Shown piece by piece: positions 63,254 to 64,000 of a stretch of 64,000 nt of DNA. Below the pieces are notes generated by a model. The model was not told the origin of the DNA, did no database searches, and saw nothing but the letters and a program-made list of their open reading frames with translations. Numbering within the stretch: position 1 is the stretch's first letter; the number at the start of each line of letters is the position of its first letter. The position numbers were made by a program, and so were the translations under genes. The DNA lies in contig CM060731.1 in assembly GCA_030704615.1 (NCBI GenBank), positions 18,290,001-18,354,000 on the forward strand, read 5' to 3'. This DNA is from Takakia lepidozioides. Its lineage: Eukaryota; Plantae; Bryophyta.

Positions 63254-63986
63254 TCAGCCGTGTGTACTGATAGCATTGATTTCTGCGTCTGCATCGTCGA
63301 CAACAAAAGCATTTGGCCTCCAATCTGGTTGCTCTGAAGAGTGGTCGCGAAGATGTTTCATCCAGGGGCTCAGGTCAGTCGTTTTGTTTTCTCGCTGATA
63401 TAATAAAGCAACAGGTATGCCGTTGAGCCATTCGTCGAACACCATCATGGTATACATTGGGAATGCAATGTCGCAATGGTGGTACAAAAATGAATAAGGT
63501 GAGTGTTATAATATTGGCAACAGTTGCATGGCACTCACATTTCAGAATGCAATGAAAGGTAAAGCGTGACACGAATACCTTATTTCGTTGGGTCCCAAAT
63601 GTTGCATCCATGATACCACACGGTTGGTCCCAGGTCGATCATTTTCTGTTTTTGCCCTCCGTTTGTTTCCAATTACGAATTCAAATCACCCGCCACTGGC
63701 GGTTCTTCATGGATAGAAGAAGACGCTTTCAGGATTGCTATCGACCACATACGTACACTTGGTGCATCATCTGGATGGTTTTTGTAACTCTCAATCGCAA
63801 CTTGTCGGCAATGTTTCTCACGTCGTACTCGAACAAGAAACAACGCGACTCCACTCCATGCCGGCTGAGACGCACAAGCTTCCTGGAGCTTTGAGTGTGT
63901 TGTGTCATAATCATAGCGGAGAAGGCCACTGCGAGACTATCGACGATCCTTGTTTCATATCTTGGCTGAGACGAGGGGCATGCCAC
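63254..63986 (-). mobile_element. MULE/Mutator-like transposase pseudogene fragment
   Basis: MDATFGTQRNK, YTMMVFDEWLNGIPVA and WRPNAFVVDDADAEINAI carry the first two catalytic Asp motifs. The fragment is frameshifted and continues past the window end. Confidence 0.75.
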
Positions 63987-64000
63987 GAATCGCAGAAAGG

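Overview
Gene-rich eukaryotic (land-plant) nuclear DNA. It is probably from a bryophyte or other non-seed plant, inferred from gene families, intron style and retroelement type. I reconstructed seven spliced protein genes by hand. They are a COMT-like O-methyltransferase (-), the 23-exon RNA polymerase I largest subunit NRPA1 (+), an MRS2/CorA transporter with a non-canonical SMN signature and a His6 loop (+), a head-to-head pair of IQ+BAG (BAG6-like) co-chaperone paralogs sharing an 884-bp spacer rich in heat-shock elements, a membrane-anchored sulfotransferase-like gene (+), and an AIRP2-like RING E3 ligase (+). A tRNA-Thr(UGU) is also present. Mobile DNA includes two hAT-type MITEs with 8-bp TSDs, another TIR element, decayed Ty3/gypsy fragments and MULE transposase remnants. 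Next to the MULE remnants lies a ~2.7-kb TGTAACCC-based satellite with higher-order structure. The most unusual signal is a tailless LINE family ending in GAGTACA that has inserted repeatedly into TCTCT-type intronic sites with visible 10-18 bp TSDs, twice at the same site. Exon boundaries were read by eye and may be off by a few bases; no database searches were run.
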